Of a stretch of DNA of 64,000 nt, positions 1 through 31,889 are shown piece by piece. The translations under genes and the position numbers were made by a program. A model generated the notes under the pieces. It did not search any database, had not been told where the DNA came from, and saw only the letters and a list, made by a program, of their open reading frames with translations. The stretch spans positions 8,866,001 through 8,930,000 of the forward strand of contig NC_085847.1 of assembly GCF_035594765.1 (NCBI RefSeq). Reading direction: 5' to 3'. The DNA is from Anolis carolinensis (taxonomy: Eukaryota). Within the stretch, counting starts at the first letter, position 1; each line of letters opens with the position of its first letter.

Positions 1-1171
1 TGCACGTTTTAAAATGCCCAATTTAGTGTCTGAAAAGTGTCATTAAAATCTACTTAAGATTTAATTCTGTGTTGAAAAGTGAAGGCAAAAATACCGGTAA
101 AGGATTATCTATTAAAAATTATGTACATCATGCTACTCAGCTTATGGGCAGTATCTCGCCAACCGAACATAATGGTTTTACAGCATATATGCACAGAACC
201 TACACCTCCTTGGTTCTCTACTCTCTATCCAAACTCCTCCTTTAGAAGAGAGGTCTGGTTAGCAACTTGCTGTACACTGGCTTCCAAAGATTGGAAATTT
301 CACTTTGTTCTTCAGTTGCTTTGCACTTCCTGTTGCTCAACATGTTCAATATAGTAGCTGCTATTTTTCCCCAGTAATGATTGTAGCACTTACTATTGAC
401 TGCCAAGAGACTATAGATCCCTCATATGAACTTACTAGTATTAGCAACAGATCTTGGCCGTGACTCAAAGCACTTTCTTCAGTACATACAATCCTTGATT
501 CTGTACAAGGGGTTTCACACTTCTTGTATGTTCCTATCTCCTGATCACTTTAGTGAGAGACCAGTTTGTGCCAAAAGTATGCGTGCAAGCCAGAACCACT
601 CAAGATTTTAGAAATTAGCATCTCTATTTTGAACAGAGAGAACAAGTTTAAGAAAAAAGTGTAGTGGAGGTGGGACTGGAAAACAGCAGCAGTTCATAAT
701 ATCATTGTAGAACTTGATCTTCCCATCGATAAAAACGACCATGCTTCAGTTCTCAAAATAGCAAGCTGGCCAACCATAAAATGCCAGCTCAGATCTTACA
801 TTTTGTTAAAAGAATTTAAATAAGTATAAACTATGGTTCCTGATTTCAAGTTGTCCTTCACATTTCCTTGTTCTCTACTTGTAGGAAGGTAACGTGTTTT
901 CTGTTTTGTCAGTTTAATCTATTTTAGGTTTTGTTTATAATTTAGTAACTTGTTTTGAAAACAAGGGTACAGCTCTAGTCTGCTCATGTCTCAAATGTGC
1001 AAACTGCTTTCAAAGAGCAAGCCATTTGGAAAAAGGCAGGTGAGAATTATTTCTTTGAAATGGAATTTGCTTTCTGTTTTTAAGGTGTGGTTTCCGTGAG
1101 TCAGCAAACATCTTTTAATGGTGCAGTAAACCTAGGGGATATCTAATTGCAAGTGAATAAAGGACGGCTAA

Positions 1172-20636
<19,465 letters not shown>

Positions 20637-21542
20637 CCTGAGGGGATGGTAGTTTGACAGAGCGATGTTTAACTTAATCAGTTTTTTTTATTGTTTAAAG
20701 CAATTGTCTTATTCTGCTGAAGTTTCACATGAACATATTTGCCGGTGACTGAGGTTCCCATATTCAAAACGTTTGGTTTTTCCTTTTCCTTTTTTTCTTT
20801 TTGTTTTGATCCCTGACTCCAGTGGGGAAGTAGTATCCCCCTCTCCCCCTGCCTTTTATACACATCTAGGGTGTCCATTGACATGTACAGAGAAATTAAC
20901 ACTATTTTATGCAAATATTTTTTGTAGAGGAGACGCATGTACAGTGTTCTGTTTAATAGTCAACTCATCCTTGTAAAAACAAATCAGAAAAGTGTTTTTG
21001 GGGGGAGTGCCAGTGGACACTGTATCTTGAGCAAACTGTAACTGGTAGCAGATTTTAGGGAATGAATGTCTGTGTATGTGTGTTTTTGTTTTTCTTAAAC
21101 TAAAAGCATGCAACTATTTGTCTTCTGCATGGTCATCTAATCTTAATTTGTCATTCATTTGGTTTTTTCTGCACTGGGCAGATTATACTGCTACCTCAGT
21201 ATCTTTCTTCCCCACCTTCCATTTTTTGCCTTTTCCTTTCTATTTTCTTTTTTTTTTTAGATTCAGAATAAATCTTGTTTACACCTGTCTTTGTGAGAGG
21301 TATGCCTATTCTTGCTGGTGCAGAAAACATCATTCCAGGGGCAACCTGCTAGTATTCCCTCCCCCTCCCCTCCCCTCAACACATGTAGGTTATTTTTTAA
21401 CATGAATTATTTATTTAAAGATATCGTATGCATTTTTATTGTAACAGCATTGTTTCACCAGCATTGCCCACTTTGGGGGGGTGGGGGGAGGGCCAAAGAG
21501 GGAAAAGACTACCTGGATGATTTAAAAGGAAGAAACAAGAAT

Positions 21543-21548
21543 AATAAA
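21543..21548 (+). terminator. Candidate proximal poly(A) signal for SERCA2b mRNA (a second AATAAA at 22125-22130)
   Basis: AATAAA about 0.9 kb after the SERCA2b stop, followed by T-rich sequence. Confidence 0.55.
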
Positions 21549-22851
21549 ACGTTTTTTAATTGAAAAAAATATATACTGCTTTTCATTTCATTTATATCAT
21601 ATAGGAGGCTTTTGAGTTCCATTTTAGCAAATAGGATCTATGTGCCAGATCTTTCCATTCCTTTTTGATTGGGGACAGTTGTAATGGGACCTGGAAAAAA
21701 AAAAGCGAACAACTCTCACATATAATCCACTGACCACATCCTACCCTGAAGTGGAGAAGTAACAAATTGTGTGTGTGCGTGTATGTACATGTGTGTTTTT
21801 TGTAAGATCTGTAAATACCACATGACCAAATGAACATATTGTATAGAACTATTTTTATTTTTAATGTGGCACTAACCACCATCATTCTATTGCGATAAAT
21901 GTTAGCGCATGATGTTGTGTTTCCCCCTGTTCAAATTGAGTCCTGTATCAACCAATGTGTAAGTTCATTAACAGTCCTAACTGTGTGGTGTTTCTCTCCA
22001 ATGCCTTCCAACATTCATCGACTGAAGTGAGTATTTCTTCCATTTCACCATTTCAGTGGTGATATGCTGTGTAAAAAAAGAGTGAGAGAGACAAAAGATA
22101 GCATATGCTGTATAAATGTTAACAAATAAATGCTAATTTTTCCTTCATTCCATGCTGCGTTTTGTCAAATATTCTGCTGTGCTACATTATTATCACCACT
22201 CTTCATGTCCTGTATATGGCAGCATTAATATCCAGTGTATTTGTGTCCCTGGTTTCTTTTGGCATCAGTCTTTAGAATCTAAACCAGTGGGAACAGTGTC
22301 CTAGGAGGCTCAGAAAATGTAATCTAGTTTAAAATCACGGGCATTCCATCCATGTGATTGATGGCACTTTCAGAATGACTTGATTAAGGGGAAGCTTTTT
22401 TAGAGTCACCAGTCAGATGTCCTCTTCCTTGCATCTCAAGCGTAATAAAGGCATCTGGGTGCCAGTCCTGAGTAGGTTCTCTCACGCTGCGCTTTGATAC
22501 TATTGGACTCCTTTCCTTTTTGTCCTAAGTGTTAACGTCAAAACATACGGCTCTTGCAGTTGCATTCTCATTGACCTCTGTTTGTGATAGAAACCTTTTT
22601 TGATGACTCCCGCTGTGTTAGAAGTCGTCTTGCGTCTCTCAAACACAGGCTAGATTGTTGGAATTAGCCTGCCTTAGTTTGAAGACATAGGAAACAATGT
22701 TCTGGGAAGCAGCTAATGGTACACTGAGTTTGTACGTGCGAGTGGCTAATTCTTAGACTAAACTTTGGCCGTAGTTGTGCTGAAAAACTTGTCACTGGCA
22801 CTAGATCACTCGGTGCATTTCTGATTGTCTAAACATGGAATCAGATTAATA

Positions 22852-23052
22852 TAGTGGCTTGACTGTTGAACGACGACTTTGGAGATCAGGGTTTGAATCT
22901 CTGCTTTGCCATGAGACCCACTGGGTGACCTTGGGCAAGTCCCACTCCACCTCAGAGGAAGGCAAGCGTAGATAGTTTACCAACAAACCCAATTATAAGT
23001 TCCCCTTAGGATTGCCATAGGTCAGAGACAACGTTAAGGCACACAGCAACAA
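22852..23052 (+). mobile_element. tRNA-derived SINE (older copy)
   Basis: B-box-like ggtttgaatc, core gtgaccttgggcaagtc, tail aaggcacacagcaac; related copy at about 28045-28272. Confidence 0.6.
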
Positions 23053-25600
23053 AGCATGGATGCTCTCGGATTTATCAAGTCAACCTTGGATCATGGAAGA
23101 TTTTACATGTGTCTGTGTTCAAACAGTTCCTTACAATAGTAATTGATCTTTATGCAAAGATGCCAGAAATCATCCTAAATACGTAGACTCTAGTGCTCGC
23201 CATAATACAATATATTATCTAAGATATATAATCATACATACATGTATGTATGTATACAACTTCACCATTATGTGATGGCTTTGACCTCTTGTCCACTGTG
23301 TTGGGAACAGGGGACAGCATAATATTGGTGTCAGACCACATCTTTGTTTTCAAGCAGGGTCATCGCAAAGCCTTTTCTGTCACCACTATGTTGGTTGGCC
23401 ACATATACACTGGTAGAAGATTTTTGATCTCCTCTGGCAAAAAGTGTGCTACAGTATAAAGTCTCCCCTCTCCTAGCGTGTTTTTATTTGCCTTCCATAT
23501 CTCACTCTGTCACAATCAGGGTAGATGCCCTGAAATTTCCAGTTTAAGACATATAGGTCTTAAGACATGAGATAGGCCCATATAGGTAGGCCCATACATA
23601 GTTCAGTGGGAAAGCAGATTTTATTTTTACACATAGTCTTTGGGAAATTTGTCCCAAGTTGTGGAGAGCTCTTGCTCTCACCACTGGGATGGATGAGCCC
23701 CAGCCTACGTTCTATGATAGCGTCAAACATTCCTCTCTCAAGCATAGCTCCAGCTACAAAGTGGCCTTCCTCAGTGTTAGTAGCTCCCCCTTCTATGCCC
23801 TCATACTGAAGAAAGGGGACAATAAATATGTGTTTGTGGTATGGTAGAATAAGTAGTTGAGAACTTCCAATTCATGGTACCAAAATGGGATCAAGAACTC
23901 ATGGACCCAAAGGAAATGTATACTTACCATGCTAATGAAACATTTGAAGATGTGAGATGGCCCAGTGGAACCCATTCATCAACTTCTCCATTGATTCAAG
24001 AAGCTCTTGAGAAATAAGTACTCTTCAAAAATGTAACTGAGTTAGTCTTGTTTCAGCATAAAATGACACAAAGGACTCCTGTAGCATCCTTGAGACTAAG
24101 CAAAAGAAATGCCTAAGCTTTTGTGGACCCCAGTCCACTTTCATTCATAAGTATCTGAGTGACAGGTGAGCCATTCCTTTGAAATGAGTAACAAGAACCA
24201 GGTTTTGCGAACTTCATACAGGAAATGCCGAGGGGTTCTCCATCTCACGCTCGTCTCCTTGGACAAATAGCCTCTTGAATCAGATTTTGTTGAAACCCAA
24301 AAGTGGCTGCCCGGGTGGTGATAGGGATTCAGGACTGCCTTCGACCTGGGTGAAAGATCTAAACACGGTGGTGATAAAATGCAGTACAGCAGTCTTCTAG
24401 TGTCTTCCACGGACACGGCCGATAAAAGACAAATGGAGAAAAACGGGGATGGTTGCAGAGGATGGGCGAGGCATAGGTAAAACAACCCAAATTGTCTGTC
24501 TTGCACCTGTCTCGTTTGACTTCTTGCACTTCTTAACCATTTTTTCCCTAATCTCTGCTCTCACTGCACTAAAACCAAACTACCAATTAACACTGTCATT
24601 AAAACAAAAACACCCTCTGCATACTTTCTAACACAATTTCCATGGGAAGGGGAGAGAGCGTAATTCTGTTAACGCCAAACTGAAAATCAAAACAGAACAG
24701 GAGGAAGCAAAGATAAGGGGCTGCAGCCTGAATTTGGTCAAAACGTCTAGTCCTAAATTTTCATGAGAAGAAATAGGCTTGTATGCCATGTGTCTAGTGA
24801 AAACGTGTTTCCCAGGGACAATATAAGTTTGCTGTTCTTGTGTTGTCTACCTTTTAAATTTTTTTTAATTGTATTTGGAAGATTGGGGAGAGACAAGCCA
24901 ATAGAATGTCTTAACTACGTATGTCTCTCCTCATTCATGTTCAAGAAATCGCTGTTTGCATCTCAAAACTTGCAGCATGTCCTGAAGGACTCACATTTTA
25001 AAGCATGGCACAAAATGCACTCCAGTTTAAGAAGAAAGAGGTGCCCTGAACAATGGAGTGGCGGCTGTGAATTATGCTGCCGGTTGAGATCTTGAAAAAG
25101 AAATTAACCGGGATAGCAACAAAACTGATCTGTTTTTTCCAGATGGGAAATGCACAAATGAAACGATATGCAACAACACAGCTAGTTTGTATTGCGACCC
25201 TTGCTGTGGGCTGGAAAATGGAGTGATATGAATTCTGATGTGCCAGAGAGTCTCAGCATACTATGCACTTTATCCCATTTTCAGTAAGCTTTTCCACAGC
25301 CGCAGACAACCAAAGCTTGTTCGTAGATCAAGGCTTCAAAGGAATGGTACAGATTGAGCATTCCTTCTCCAGAAATCTGAAATAATCCAAAATTCTCCAC
25401 ATGAGCAGTTGAGATAGTTATAGCTGTTTTCTGATGGTTCAGGGCACACAAATGTCTTAAAAATACTGTTTTGAAATTACCTTCAGGCTATGATCTCACA
25501 TGTAGAAGGGGTCCTTATATTGAGAACTGCTCCGAGACCCAGAACCACCTCAATCTGGCCTTGATCACTGGTGGTTAATTTGAAGTTGCTTTTATACAGT

Positions 25601-25776
25601 GGGTTGCTGTGAGTTTTCCGGGCTGTCTGGCCATGTTCCAGAAGCATTTTCTCCTGACATTTCGCCCACATCTATGGCAGACATCCTCAGAGGTGGTGAG
25701 GCCTGCCGTAGATGTGGCAGCCCGGAAAACTCACAGCAACCCAGTGATTCCAGCTATGAAAGCATTTGACAATACA
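25601..25776 (-). mobile_element. Penelope-like element terminal-repeat fragment, internally inverted, with 15-bp flanking direct repeat
   Basis: gggttgctgtgagttttccgggctg ... cagcccggaaaactcacagcaaccc inverted pair; ttgcttttatacagt at 25586-25600 and 25777-25791; hammerhead-like motif on minus strand. Confidence 0.75.
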
Positions 25777-26266
25777 TTGCTTTTATACAGTTGGCCATTC
25801 AAAATCAGTAAGTGATGAGAATTTGTTGGAATTGGTTCCCAGGGGCCTTCCATGATGAAATCCTATGCTGTCCCATTAGACTCCATTCCTTTTAAGGGAA
25901 TGGACGATCCAGTACAGAGTGTCTCCATTCTTCCCTTTTGCAACAGCTACCAAATCAAAAGCTCTGGCAGTGAGCGAGATGCCTGCCATCCAAACCATGA
26001 GCAAAGCTCCCCGACTCTGAAAAAGTGATGGACGGAGGACTGCGAATGGGGTGTTCTTCCAGCTTTTAATTCTCTTTCATTGCTTTTTTCAATTAACCTG
26101 GATCTCCCCATTGGAAAAAAAAAATGGGGAGGCTCACGATCAAACTATGTCAAAATGGTCTTTCGTGCCTGAGCTTTTAAAACAAAGTCCTTGCTTTTAT
26201 TAAGTTCTCTTTATTCATCCTTTTCACTAATGTTGTTCCCTTTTCTCTCTCTCTTTTCCTTTGCAG

Positions 26267-26280
26267 CCAAACTGGAGTAA
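26267..26280 (+). CDS. ATP2A2: SERCA2a-specific terminal coding exon (A-K-L-E-stop), spliced from the internal donor at 20487/20488
   Basis: Long pyrimidine tract then ttgcag|CCAAACTGGAGTAA. Joined to GAGCCTG|gtaaag it gives ...YLEPAKLE*, matching the known SERCA2a ...EPAILE* architecture. Confidence 0.9.
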
Positions 26281-27148
26281 TCATTTAGCCCTAAACACAT
26301 TTTTGCAGACTTGTAAGGTTAATTTTCTTGCATGCGTCTTTAGCAACGCATCTCCTGAAAACATCTGCATGAATCTTGTAAATGGAAAAAACAAAAACAA
26401 AAAACAATATCTTTCCTTAGGGAGGGAGAAAAAAAATAGAACTGAAAAACTTGTGTTTCAAGAAGGAAGTGTGTGGTGCTCTTTAAAGCTTCAGTTTTAT
26501 GCAGATCTACCAATGTGCAATATAGTTTTTAAACTGAAAACAGACCTTTGCAAAAGACGTTTTGGGGTTGCATGAAGTCAAGACTCCCTAAACTGCTAAA
26601 CAAGAATTAAAGAGTGATGATTGGCCAAGTTTGACCTTTTTTTTCTTTCCATATCGCGTTGTGTAAAACGTCATAGTTTATAAAATGTACAGTATCAAAC
26701 TGTAATGCATGCCTTTCAATTGTAAGTAGCTGATGATCTTTATTGTATCTTAGCATAACACTTTACAAAGCTCTGTACAATATGCAAATCTATTTATACA
26801 GACTCGTTGACAAATGGTACTGTTGCTGAATGTTTAAGAAACTGTTAAAAACGTCGATTCCATAACTTCAGCTTTTTGAACAAAAAAAAGATCTTGGAGT
26901 GTGCAAATAGACTTCTTTTGCACTGTAATAATGTAACTTATTTAAAAGTAAAGCCGTAGACACACATTGGTGCAATACACATGTGATGCGTTTTATCATA
27001 ACGAAGAAAACAAAAATCCCTAATAATGAACCTAGTCAGTTCATAAAGACAGCATGTGTGACTTTTTTTAGAAACTGTAAATAACATTGTCTGATTCAAT
27101 GCTGATGGTGACTAGCATCACACCTACTACCATCCTAGTTTTGGGTAA

Positions 27149-27154
27149 AATAAA
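27149..27154 (+). terminator. Poly(A) signal of the distal ATP2A2 terminal exon
   Basis: AATAAA followed by a GT-rich downstream element (tgtagttgctgtgttgtctggatgtattttt) at the end of an AU-rich UTR-like stretch. Confidence 0.7.
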
Positions 27155-28044
27155 CTTATTATACAATATGTAGTTGCTGTGTTGTCTGGATGTATTTTTA
27201 GATGCGGTGGGAACATGCCTCTTGTTCCTCAGTTATCTTCACATTACATAAAAACAAGATAGTTCTGGACAGTTTCACTTCATATGCGGTGCCAGAACGT
27301 TCCCCAAGTGTTCGTAAAAAGAAAATTTGCCACCAATATATTTGTCAGATTTTAGCATATAGGTCCTCATCTGGTTTGCCACATCTGAGGAGCTTTTTAC
27401 ATAGGAAAATACTCCAAAATATGAATTCTTATCTGTAGTCTCATACGGTACAGTCCAGAGAGCTCAACCTGGTCATTCGACATCATGTCAAGACTGGCTT
27501 GTTGAGAAAGTTGCAGAGCCAGAAACCAGAGCACCAATACCAAATGGCTTTGAACAATGGGTTTATTCTAAAAGCAAGCCACTCTCAACAATAACTGAAG
27601 AGCCTTTTCAAATCTGCCTTCTAGTCTGCTACTACAAGAAAAGAAAAAAAGACTATTGAACCCCATACACAAATCCTTGGGTGCCTCCTAAGGTGTAACC
27701 TTTGATCCACAACATGTTTTCCCATTTTGATTTCTTAATAATTCTACGGTCCAGGTTTTTTTTCAAGCATGTGTTCCTAGTAATACCAGCCAACAATTCC
27801 TACTCGTAGATTCATATAGCTTCTTCCCCCCCTTGTCTGTACTTCTTACACGAGAACCTCGACACGAAACATAACAGTAAAAAGACCATTCCCCCTACTT
27901 CATGCTCCTAATGGGATGTCCTAAGGTCTATTTCACTGCTAACCTAGTTGAATCCTGTATGTAGAAAGGGAGCCCATCTTGCCAGTTGCCTCTGATTGGG
28001 CTGGCCCTGCCACATATTACCGAAATCCAGCTTGAGTGAGACAG

Positions 28045-28272
28045 CGAGGTCTAAAGGTTTGAGCCCTGGAACAAGATCTGGGAGACCGTGTTTCAAATCT
28101 CTGCTTGGCCATGGAAACATACTGGAAATGGAAACCTACTCTCTCGGCCTCAGATAAACAGAAGGCCAAACCCTCTCTGAACACATTTCTGCCAAGAACA
28201 CCCCAGTCTAGGTTGACCTTAAATCAGACATGACCTAAAGGTACGCAACAATAACAACAACAACAACAACAG
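28045..28272 (+). mobile_element. tRNA-derived SINE with (CAA)n tail
   Basis: Similar to 22852-23052; ends in caacaataacaacaacaacaacaac. Confidence 0.6.
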
Positions 28273-29814
28273 ATGCTGGGGTGTTCCTGGGGTATAGCTA
28301 GTCATAGAAAGTCATTGGAATACTTTTGAGCTGTTGGCGGAGGAAAGGGGTCTAAATATAGAGACGAGGACACTGGAGGGGAAAAATAACGGATGAACCA
28401 GCAGCACAGTGGATTTGAGCGGAATTCGGTTCCAAAGATGCATCAAAGGCAGCTTGGCAAAGGGGACGAGAAATAATCAGCGCACAAGATTACTAGTTGC
28501 ATTTTCAAGAGTTTGGAACATTTCCTGATTGGGAGTCCCAGCTCTGAAAAAAATGAGCAGTTGGCAGGAATTGGACACCACTCCTGGTAATGCAAAAAGC
28601 CCAGATCAGGTAGGGTTTCCACCTTTGGACCCTTCCCGTTCAGAGTTTAGGCAGGTATACCTCTTGTGTGGTTGGATCACCGTCAGATCTGTACACAAGA
28701 TAAGTAAGCAAAAGTTTGGAGCCACAGATGATAGGTCTGGTAATGTCTCTTTAAAAAAAAAAAGCACACAAAAATAATTATACAATATAAAATACACAGT
28801 GGCCTCAAACTCAGCATCGTTTCGGTTTTTTAGTTTGTCTCAATTTGAGCCCAGCCTGCATCTTGCTGACACTCTGCTTCTAGTCTGTTTGGCTCATTGG
28901 TGAATATTCAGTCTGTAGCATGTTGCCGCTGTTGATTCGGCTCGGGCTTGTTGTAAACCAACAGCGTCTCCCGTTTTAACATATCGCTGTCGTTTGTCAT
29001 TGTTTCGCATTTTAAAAAAATGTATGAGCCGCCTTCTTTCTTCCAGCCGAAAAAGCAATATAAATGTTGTAGATGAAATAATATGTATTCCTTATATAAA
29101 ACTTTGTCTTTGCGCAGAAGAACATAGCCGCCAATTGACATCTTCTTGCTCTGGAACTATGAAGTCTTCATCAATAGGTGTCTGTTTTTATATAATGTAC
29201 TTTTAAAAAAAGAAAGAAAAGAAAACCTGTCATGCTTAGGCAGCCCTGGTGTGGGCGTGCAACTCGCAGCCTCATAAAAAAGCACTTAGAAAAATGAAAA
29301 AGGCAGCTTCTTCTGCGACAAGGGAATGTGGTTTTTCCAAGTCCATTAAAGCCCCCCTGCTTGTGTGCTGGAGGCTGGAGAAAGGGAGGTTGGCAGTCAT
29401 TTTAATGACAGATTTCGTAACATAAATATCCATCACCAGCTGCAGTAAAACTTCCAATGCTCCTTCCCCGCATGGCATTAAAAAGCTATTAAATCCATCA
29501 TTATTAACACTGGAGGCAGGCGGTCCAGAGGCATTCAAAGGAAGTGACGATGAGTGATGTAAACTGCCCACCAGCCTTGGCTTTGGCTCGCGGGGATATT
29601 TGCCCTGTCGGTTCAAAACGCCAGACTCCTTTCTCTGCTTCGAAGCTGGCTGAGCAGAATTGTATCAATTTGCTCCATGAGCAAACTCGTGAGTCACTCT
29701 AAATCATAGGCAGCGGCAACAGATTGTGGCGTTGGGCTGGTAGACTGTGCCCCCTTCTTGCCAAACCGATTTTAGCTTGGCAGCTCTTTGAATAGGCAGC
29801 TTCTTTCTTTCCCC

Positions 29815-30245
29815 CTCATGTCTAGTTCTCGGCAGCGCAATCCAAGGAGGACGTGGGCAAGCTGAAAGGGGTCCAGAGGAAGATGGCCAAAACGGTCCAA
29901 AGCCTGGAAACTACAAATCCCTCTGAGGAGCAGCAGCTGAGGGAGCTTGGTGTGTTTCGCTTGGAGAAGAGAAGGCCAAGATAAAGGAAACATGATAGCT
30001 ATATTTAAATATTTGAAAGAAGGTGCTAGGCTTGTTTTCTGCTGGGACACAGTGCACCTAAACTCTAGGAAGAACTTCCTGACACTAAGAGCAATTTAAC
30101 TGTGAAATATGTTTCCTTGAAGTGTGGTGGAATCTCCTTTTCCGGAAGATTTTGAACAGAGACTGGATGACCATCTGTTGGGAGGGCTTGGGTTGTGCCT
30201 GGTGGAATGGGGTTGGACTAGATGGCTCTTGGGTTTTCTTCCAAG
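29815..30245 (+). mobile_element. Degenerate CR1 LINE 3' fragment
   Basis: Colinear with the younger CR1 at 53845-54640 (gtccagagga..., gagcttggtgtgtttcgcttggagaagagaagg, aggaagaacttcctgac, agactggatgaccatctg). Confidence 0.75.
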
Positions 30246-31889
30246 GCTGAATGCAGCACCAACAGCAGTTCTATTAAGCTGCTTCCTCCTTAGAATCTTG
30301 CCTATCTCTTAGCTGCTCCTTTCTACAGACTTTTCCCTCTCTGATTTCTTTCCTTTTGGATAGGCAGACACTTCCTTTTACTCTCCTCCTTCTCCATGTT
30401 TTGCAAGTGGTGGTGGAAGACTTTGCTGCTTGGAAATTGTGGTTTGCAGAGGTATAGAGAGGATGACTGACTGCAACTGAATGCAGCTCTTTTCTTCTGC
30501 TTTTCGTTTCACCTTTGTGAACATTAAATGAGCCATCCTTTGCTTTATGACAAATATTAAGCCTTGCAAGACTTAGAAAATCAGAACAAAATTCAAAGAA
30601 TGAATATTATGAACCTAAGGATGGTTGTAGCCATTTCCCTTCAGTCTTATTAATTATCTCCACAGACAAGATTCAACTTCACAAGGAATACAGAACTACA
30701 ACCATGGGGAAAGTCTGCATCAAAATTTATTGCCACCTCAGGTCTTGCACACAATTCTGGCCTCGGAAGACAAGTGTCAATTAAACATAAACTGAACCTT
30801 TTAATTTCCAAAATAAATACAAAAACCCAACCCTCTAAAGTCTCCTGCAGAAAAGCCAAATTCTATTTCCAGGGGATGGAGGAGAAATTCTTGAAAGGGT
30901 TGGAATAAATCTTCCCCACCCCAACTGTTACTTAGCGTGTGTCATAAGAAATAAATGTCAATTCTAAAACCTGTAATAAATAAACCCAAAGAGGCTCAAA
31001 GGGCAGAAAAGAGAGAGGAAATAGCCTCACTTGTTGAGAAAATGTTTAAAAGAACAACCCTTGTAGTTATGGATTCTTTTCTGCAGGCGGCTTCAACAGG
31101 GCCTGTCCAGGAGAACTTATTGCTGGACCGTGTCTTGACAAAGCACAAAGTGTGAACAAGGAAGTTTTAATATTCCTATATTCCTGGGAGCGATGGGGGA
31201 GGGAGGGAGGCATTGTTACTTGATGCTCCTCAGTATGAAACAATCTTAAGAGCCTCTTCCCGGTTGCATTTCCCTCAGTGCTGCTCCAATTTTCCCGTGA
31301 CTCATATAGAGACTTTGGCGCTTGTTAGTGCAGAAGTGGCATGCTTTTATTTTAGAGTGCGCTTGTGAAGTGGCCTACACAAAAACACAGGAGAGAGGGA
31401 CAGGGCTGGGAGGAAAGAGACTGCTCCTTTGTGGGACCCCTGTGGGTTTCTGGAGGAGGACATGCATCTCAAGACATTGTACAGGCTCCGACATCAAGCT
31501 TTCTTTCACAAAAGGGTATAAGAGCCGCCTACATTCATCCGCCACTGGAGATCGAGCGTAATTAGTTTGCAGCATGATTGCAACATCGTTTTAGTCTGTT
31601 ATGCGCTTTCAACCTTCTAATTTTAGACCTAAGAACCCAAAATCTCTGCTTGACATCCATGCCTCCCCACCAAGCCACTCAAGTTGCTCGGCCTTCACAT
31701 GAAATACGGAGCAGAACACAGACACAGAATGGAAATACTTTATGCAATGGCTTCACGGCTTTGGATGAGGCCTCGGTCCAGTTTCTCCAGCAGCACACGC
31801 CGCCCTTGGCGTTTGTCAAGCCAGGAAGACGCAGGAGATCTTGGATCTCGCCTCCCGTGAGATGATTCCCAGGCACCTTCAAGGCCACC

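Noticed and set aside
24040-24170. Third hammerhead-like motif (minus strand, gtggac/gtccac stem)
   Set aside because: Core is degenerate (GAAA reads AAAA, CUGANGA disrupted); likely a dead Penelope-related remnant.
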